Translations under genes and position numbers: made by a program
The notes under the pieces: model-generated
Database searches by the model: none
What the model was told of the DNA's origin: nothing
What the model saw: the letters and a program-made list of their open reading frames with translations, nothing else
In this document: positions 37,547 to 42,866 of the stretch, piece by piece
How positions within the stretch are numbered: position 1 is the stretch's first letter
How the letters are laid out: each line of letters opens with the position of its first letter
Source of the DNA: Elusimicrobiota bacterium
Lineage (GTDB): Bacteria; Elusimicrobiota; Elusimicrobia; Elusimicrobiales; UBA9959
Assembly (NCBI GenBank): GCA_027340875.1
Contig: DAIENX010000105.1
Location: 1-42,866 of the forward strand
Reading direction: 5' to 3'
Length of the DNA: 42,866 nt

Positions 37547-39610
37547 TCACCGGCGCTTCGCGTCCGTGCCGGCTGAGGGCAGGGCTTCCCTCACTTTCCG
37601 CGTAAGCGTGTCCAGCGTGAACGGTTTCTGGATGAAGTTCCTCGCGGGGTCCAGGATCTCGTCCTCAAGGGCGGCGTGTTCCGTATAGCCGGACATGAAG
37701 AGCACCGGGAGATCCGGATGCCGGGACCTCAGCCGCCGGGCCAGTTCGAAACCGTTAAGTTCCGGCAGCACCATGTCGGTCAACAGCAGGGAGAGGGGAG
37801 AGCCTCGCCGGCCGCAGACGGCCAGGGCTTCCTCCGCGCTGCCGGCTTCCAGCACTTCGAACCCGTCGGCGGCCAGGAGGCGGCGGATGACCGCGCGCAT
37901 CTGGACGTCGTCGTCGACCACCAGCACCGCGCCGCCAGCAGCGCAGGCCTTTGGCTCCGCCTTCGGCCCTTCCACGGCCGTAGCGGCCGGCGCCGCAGGC
38001 GGGAAATACAGCTTGAAGACCGTCCCGTGCCCTTCTTCGCTGTAGACCACGATATGCCCGCCGCTCTGCTTGACTATGCCGTGCACGGTGGAAAGACCCA
38101 GACCGGTCCCCTTGTCCCTCGGCTTCGTTGTGAAGAACGGTTCGAAGATGTGGGACTGGACCTCCGCGCTCATGCCGCAGCCGGTGTCGCTGACCGACAG
38201 CAGAACGTAATCTCCCGGAGTTATCGTGCCGTGGCGCTGCACATAAACCTCGCCCATCCGGACGATAGATGCCTCCAGGACCAGCCTGCCGCCCCTGGGC
38301 ATGGCGTCACGCGCGTTCACGCAAAGGTTCAGGAGCACCTGCTCCAGATGGCAGGGGTCCGCCTTGACGTAGACCGGAACTCTCTGCGTGACGATGGACA
38401 GTTTTATGTCCTCGCCAAGGAGGCGGCCCAGCATGATCGCCATCCCATGGAGAACCTGGTTGGCGTCCAGCACCTCCGGGTTCATCACCTGCTTGCGGCT
38501 GAAGGCTAGCAGCTGGCGCGTCAGCGCGGCGGCGCGCAGCCCCGCTTTCTTTATTTCCTCTGCGTCCTCCCGGCGGGGCCTGCCGCCGGCCAGACCTTTC
38601 AGCAGGAAATCGCTGTAGGCGAGTATGGCGGCTATGATGTTGTTGAAATCGTGCGCTATGCCGCCGGCGAGCTTGCCGGCGGTTTCCATTTTCTGCGACT
38701 GCCGCAACTGCTCTTCCAGCAGGAGTTTTTCCTGTTCCGCGTCTTTGACTGAACTTATATCCTCCGCTATTGTCAGGAAGCGGGTGCTGGAGTTGTCATA
38801 CGCCGGTAGCGAGGTGATAATAAGCTTTACCGGGACCGCCGATCCGTCGCGTCTCAGGCAGCGTTTTTCCGTCCGGAATATATCCGAGTTGTCCAGGCTG
38901 AGCGCCGCCAGTCCCTCTTCTACGGAACCTATGTCCTCGGGATGAGTGATGTGGCGCCAGGTCAGAGCGGACAATTCCTCTGCGGATCTGCCCGTTAGTG
39001 CGGTCAGGGCCGGATTTGCGCGCAAATACCGGCCGGTTCCGGAGTCCACAAGGCCTATGCCCATTGGGGCCCGCGCAAAAACGGTCTTGAACAATAGTTC
39101 GCTTTCGGCCATTTTTTCAAGCGCTTTTTCGCGTAGAGCGAGTTCCTGCGTCAATTCGCGGGTGCGCCGCGATACCATTTCCTGCAGGCGGGCGCGTTCC
39201 CGCTGCTGCGTGATAATGGACGCTTTGAGCTTGATCATGGCCCGTATCTGCACGGCCAGTTCCCATAATTTCAGGGGTTTTGTGATGAAGGCCTCCGCCC
39301 CCGTCCCGAAAGCCCTCTCGCAGAGCGCTTTATCCGGTTCTATGGCGGTGATCAACAGCACCGGTATATCCCTGAGGCGCATGTCGCCCTTTATGCTCAC
39401 GCACGCCTCGAAGCCGTCCATTTCCGGCATCACCACGTCGAGAAGGATGAGGTCCGGATCGTGGGCGAGGGCCAGCTCCAGGCCTTTTCTGGCGTTCTGC
39501 GCCGCAAGGAACGCCGCTCCGGGGAAGATATGCGCTATGGCCGCTTCCAGATTTTCAAGGCTTTCAGGCGAATCATCTATGGCCAGTATTTTCGGTCCGG
39601 CAGCTGTCAT
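37547..39610 (-). CDS. Hybrid histidine kinase REC-PAS-HisKA-HATPase-REC
   Basis: ILAIDD...LLDVVMP; PAS; AHDFNN; NARDAM; GTGLGL; C-terminal receiver. ATG 39610 preferred. Confidence 0.9.
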   Translation of the reverse strand: MTAAGPKILAIDDSPESLENLEAAIAHIFPGAAFLAAQNARKGLELALAHDPDLILLDVVMPEMDGFEACVSIKGDMRLRDIPVLLITAIEPDKALCERAFGTGAEAFITKPLKLWELAVQIRAMIKLKASIITQQRERARLQEMVSRRTRELTQELALREKALEKMAESELLFKTVFARAPMGIGLVDSGTGRYLRANPALTALTGRSAEELSALTWRHITHPEDIGSVEEGLAALSLDNSDIFRTEKRCLRRDGSAVPVKLIITSLPAYDNSSTRFLTIAEDISSVKDAEQEKLLLEEQLRQSQKMETAGKLAGGIAHDFNNIIAAILAYSDFLLKGLAGGRPRREDAEEIKKAGLRAAALTRQLLAFSRKQVMNPEVLDANQVLHGMAIMLGRLLGEDIKLSIVTQRVPVYVKADPCHLEQVLLNLCVNARDAMPRGGRLVLEASIVRMGEVYVQRHGTITPGDYVLLSVSDTGCGMSAEVQSHIFEPFFTTKPRDKGTGLGLSTVHGIVKQSGGHIVVYSEEGHGTVFKLYFPPAAPAATAVEGPKAEPKACAAGGAVLVVDDDVQMRAVIRRLLAADGFEVLEAGSAEEALAVCGRRGSPLSLLLTDMVLPELNGFELARRLRSRHPDLPVLFMSGYTEHAALEDEILDPARNFIQKPFTLDTLTRKVREALPSAGTDAKRR

Positions 39611-39768
39611 AAGTTCCCCGCTGGGCTGATGCGGCTGTAAGCCGCCGGACTGATTGTCGCGGCGGGGGGGCATGCTGTGTCGCCGATGATGGCCGCTGCC
39701 CCTGTTATCCATATCGTGCAGCATCGTCGGAAGTTTTTTGCTTGCCGCGGATCACGGCCGCGTGCCGG

Positions 39769-40125
39769 CTATTTTGAAAGCCTGCGTTTCTGCCGGAGCA
39801 GATGTTTTATGGTCTGGTAGACAAGCTGCTGTTCGCCGGTAGAACAGCCTTTGATGAGACCGAGGATCTTGCGTTCCAGGGGTCTGGGTTCGTAGGGCGC
39901 GTTCTCCGTGCCGTCCTCCAGAAGGTCTACAGGTTTCAAGCCGAAGACGACCCCGAGACGCTCCAGGGTCTTGAAGCTCGCTGCCCTTAGTCCGCGTTCC
40001 AACTGGCCGATGAAAGACGGGTGCAGGCCGGCCTTTTCTGCGAGCTCCTCCTGCGACCAGCCCATTTTGAGTCTTTCCTGGCGGATCCTTCTGCCTGACA
40101 TCGCGCGAAAATCATGTTGCGGCAT
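39769..40125 (-). CDS. XRE-family HTH transcriptional regulator (controller-protein-like)
   Basis: IRQERLKMGWSQEELAEKAGLHPSFIGQLERG; ATG 40125 lies 6 nt after TACAAT. Confidence 0.9.
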   Translation of the reverse strand: MPQHDFRAMSGRRIRQERLKMGWSQEELAEKAGLHPSFIGQLERGLRAASFKTLERLGVVFGLKPVDLLEDGTENAPYEPRPLERKILGLIKGCSTGEQQLVYQTIKHLLRQKRRLSK

Positions 40126-40199
40126 GGGAAAATTGTATAACCTATGCCCCGCCCGGTCCACATGCCTAAAGCATTCAATCTGTATGCGTACTATAGGCA

Positions 40200-40228
40200 T
40201 TGACAAGCGGCCGGCGGCGGATTATACT
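40200..40228 (+). promoter_or_regulatory. Sigma70-type promoter for the 40309 gene
   Basis: TTGACA (40200-40205), 17 bp, TATACT (40223-40228). Confidence 0.8.
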
Positions 40229-40308
40229 ATTAAGGTCTGACCGTAAGGGGTGCGGCGCATGTCGGTGATCCCGCGCTGCCGGGCGGGGCTGGAACGCGCG
40301 GGGGGGCG

Positions 40309-40701
40309 ATGGAACAACGGACCATATTGATGATCGACGACGAGAGGTCATGGCACGACCTTCTCCGCCGTTTTTTTATTCCTCTGGGGTATCGGGTATG
40401 GACCGCCTTCACGGCCGAGGAGGGGCTCCGGCTGGCGGCGTCCGGCAAGCCTGACTGCCTGGTGATAGATCCCCTCCTGGCCGCCGGCGGCGCGGTCGGG
40501 ATATGCGCCGCATTGAGGAACAGCGGCCGCGGCGGCATTCCGGTGATAATCTTCAGTTCTGACCCGGCCGTGGAGCTGGACGCCTATTCGCGATGCATGG
40601 CGGAAGGGTTCGTTCTTAAAGGCCGCCCGGGGTCCCTGGCGGCGTTGCAGAAAGCCATAGAAGCGGCGCTGGCTCCGCCCGGCCCGCAAGCTGCCCCGTG
40701 A
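40309..40701 (+). CDS. Single-domain response regulator
   Basis: ILMIDDE, LVID, IIFSS, FVLK. Confidence 0.8.
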   Translation: MEQRTILMIDDERSWHDLLRRFFIPLGYRVWTAFTAEEGLRLAASGKPDCLVIDPLLAAGGAVGICAALRNSGRGGIPVIIFSSDPAVELDAYSRCMAEGFVLKGRPGSLAALQKAIEAALAPPGPQAAP

Positions 40702-40737
40702 TCCCGGTGGGCCTGGGCGGCCCTTTCAGCGCCCGCC

Positions 40738-42234
40738 TCACTTCCCCGCAAGCGCGGCTATGACCGCTTCCAGGTCCTCTATAGCGAAAGGTTTGTGCAG
40801 CACCGGCCGGCCGGAGGACTGCAGTTCCTCCCCGCCGCTGGAGCCCGTGATGAAGATCCAGCGGTCGCGCAGCCGCGGCTTGAGTCCCCGCGCCCAGGCG
40901 AAGAGCTCCATCCCGGTCATCTCCGGGAGGCGGTAGTCGCAAAGCACGCCGTCGTAATCCCCGGCCGCGAGCTTCTTCTTCGCGGTAGCGGCGTCGCGCG
41001 CGGTATCAGGGGTCACGCCCATAAGGCGCAGTATGCGTACGCAGACGTCCATTACGCATTCCTCGTCGTCCACTATCAGGACCCGCAGCCCGCGGGCAAG
41101 GGCCGCCGGTCCGGTTTTACTGCCGGCCTCAGGCGCCTCGGGCGGGGAGAGGACAGGCAGCTCCACGCAGAAACGGGCCCCGCCGCCGTCAGGCCGCTCG
41201 GCCCAGATCCTGCCGTTATGTTCGGCTATGATGCCGAAGGCGATCGCCAGGCCCAGTCCCGTTCCCTTCCCCGCCTCCTTGGTGGTATAGAAAGGCTCGA
41301 AGATCGAATCCCCGGTGCCCTCGGGGATCCCAGGGCCGTTATCCGAGATCTCGACGCGTATCCTGCCGTCCCGCAGGCCGGTGCGAAGCTGCAGCCGCCT
41401 TTCCCCGGCCCGCCCTTCCAACGCGTCGCGGGCGTTCAGGATGAGGTTCACGAAGACCTGCTGCAACTGGTGGAAGTCGGCCATGGTCTTGGGCAGGTCC
41501 GGCGCGTAGTCCTGCAGCACGGACAGCCCGCCCACTCTCAGGTGGCTTTCCTGCAGCTTCAGGCAATCCGCCAGCAGGCCGTTGATGCCGATATAGGTCT
41601 TCTCCGGTTTGTGTTTCCTGGCGAAGGTGGTGAGACCGCGCACTATCCGCTGGCAGCGCTCCGCCTCGCGGAAGATTGTGCCGATGTCCTCGCGGTGGCG
41701 GGAATTCTGCTGTATGGACTCCTCGCGCAGCAGCAGCTGGCAGTAGCCCATGATGCCGGTGAGAGGATTGTTCAACTCGTGGGCGACCCCGGAAATGGTC
41801 TTGCCAAGAGAAGTGAGCTTCTCAGCCTGCAGGAGCTGCAGCTCCAGCGCGCGCTGCTTCTCCCGGGCTTCCCGTTCTTCTGTGACGTCGCGGGAGACCA
41901 GCAGCAGGCGCTCGACTTCGCCCGAGGGTGACTTCAGCGGTATCCCCTGCGACTGTATGTGCCGCATTCCTCCGCCAGGAAGCAGCAGCCGGTATTCGGT
42001 GCGCTGTCCGGAGCCGGTCCTGAAGGTCTCGTCGAAGATGGCCCTGATCCTGGTCCTGTCGTCCGGGTGCACGTCGGCGAAGGAGTCGGAACCGGAGAGC
42101 TTCTCCGGGGCGCCCAGCAGCTTGTAGTTGGGTGTGCAGTAGAGCCGTCTGCCATCCTTGTTCACTATGGACACCATGTCCGAGAGGTTCTCCGCTATCA
42201 GGCGGAAGTATTTTTCAGCGTCATTGGGTCGCAT
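40738..42234 (-). CDS. Hybrid histidine kinase PAS-HisKA-HATPase-REC
   Basis: PAS (HPDD...RDVTE), AHELNNP, FYTTK, GTGLGL, receiver CDYRLP. Confidence 0.9.
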   Translation of the reverse strand: MRPNDAEKYFRLIAENLSDMVSIVNKDGRRLYCTPNYKLLGAPEKLSGSDSFADVHPDDRTRIRAIFDETFRTGSGQRTEYRLLLPGGGMRHIQSQGIPLKSPSGEVERLLLVSRDVTEEREAREKQRALELQLLQAEKLTSLGKTISGVAHELNNPLTGIMGYCQLLLREESIQQNSRHREDIGTIFREAERCQRIVRGLTTFARKHKPEKTYIGINGLLADCLKLQESHLRVGGLSVLQDYAPDLPKTMADFHQLQQVFVNLILNARDALEGRAGERRLQLRTGLRDGRIRVEISDNGPGIPEGTGDSIFEPFYTTKEAGKGTGLGLAIAFGIIAEHNGRIWAERPDGGGARFCVELPVLSPPEAPEAGSKTGPAALARGLRVLIVDDEECVMDVCVRILRLMGVTPDTARDAATAKKKLAAGDYDGVLCDYRLPEMTGMELFAWARGLKPRLRDRWIFITGSSGGEELQSSGRPVLHKPFAIEDLEAVIAALAGK

Positions 42235-42340
42235 GGCGGATCCTTTCCCTTGCCGCGAGCCGCGGCGTGCAGTATCCGCTTATGATAACTTATTTGCCCT
42301 CGGGACAATAAGAAGCGGCCGGAGAGGGGCCGACCCGACC

Positions 42341-42369
42341 TTGACCTCCGCGGGAGAATATGGGATAAT
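42341..42369 (+). promoter_or_regulatory. Putative sigma70-type promoter of the RRM gene
   Basis: TTGACC, 17 bp, GATAAT with a TG extension. Confidence 0.6.
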
Positions 42370-42482
42370 ATACAGGTAGTTCAAACCGAGAACTCAAGTT
42401 TTTGAAGCCTATCCTTGCGGCTGTTAGCAGAGGAAAGCGCAGAGAGAGTTGAGATCAGGTAAACAGTCAGGAGGATAGTAAA

Positions 42483-42812
42483 ATGAGCAAGCGTATATAT
42501 GTGGGCGGCCTGCCCTTCAAGACCACCGAAGAGGAGATGAACGGCCTCTTCGCGGCTTACGGCCAGGTTTCCAGCGCCAAGCTGATCACCGACAAGTACA
42601 GCGGCCAGTCCCGCGGCTTCGGCTTCGTTGAGATGCCGAACGACGAGGAAGCCAATGCCGCCATGGAAAAGCTGAACGGCTCCGATTTCGGCGGCCGCAA
42701 GCTGACCGTGAACGAGGCTCGCCCGATGGAAGCCCGCCCCCGCTCCGGCGGTTTCGGCGGCGGCGGCCGCGGCGATCGCGGTGGCCGCGGCGGCTACGGC
42801 GACAAGTGGTAA
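42483..42812 (+). CDS. RRM-domain RNA-binding protein with Gly/Arg-rich tail
   Basis: RNP2 IYVGGL, RNP1 RGFGFVEM, VNEARP, RGG tail; SD aggagg. Confidence 0.95.
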   Translation: MSKRIYVGGLPFKTTEEEMNGLFAAYGQVSSAKLITDKYSGQSRGFGFVEMPNDEEANAAMEKLNGSDFGGRKLTVNEARPMEARPRSGGFGGGGRGDRGGRGGYGDKW

Positions 42813-42835
42813 TCTAAGATCCTTTAACGGTCTTG

Positions 42836-42865
42836 AGCGCCCCGGGTGACCGGGGCGCTTTTTTT
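42836..42865 (+). terminator. Rho-independent terminator
   Basis: agcgccccgg-gtga-ccggggcgct followed by a T-run. Confidence 0.92.
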
Positions 42866-42866
42866 G

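Overview
High-GC bacterial chromosomal window. Frequent ATA/AGG codons and the gene style suggest Elusimicrobiota, but that is an impression, not a tested assignment. The left part has a truncated hrpB helicase, an EEP-family nuclease/phosphatase, and a complete hdrCBA-mvhDGA operon (heterodisulfide reductase plus group 3c [NiFe]-hydrogenase) with a maturation protease. It continues with a cNMP-FHA protein, ahcY, a PAP2 phosphatase and SUI1/yciH. The middle has a two-gene operon encoding a DUF350-like membrane protein and an exported protein with an intein-like Hint domain inserted in a poly-Gly N-terminal motif ahead of tandem Tim44-like domains. An ABC-F ATPase, typA, a CYTH protein, an RlmI-like methyltransferase and a cytosine deaminase follow. 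The right 20 kb is a dense signalling cluster (6 histidine kinases, several receiver proteins, a REC-GGDEF protein, 2 XRE regulators) ending in an RRM protein gene. The most notable observations are: (1) the Hint-Tim44 protein with a non-nucleophilic +1 residue; (2) two intergenic copies of a structured element with conserved cores but different, each self-complementary, outer stems; (3) five genes with a TAnAAT -10 box exactly 6 nt before the start codon, suggesting leaderless mRNAs; (4) two divergent XRE/receiver pairs with operator-like repeats.
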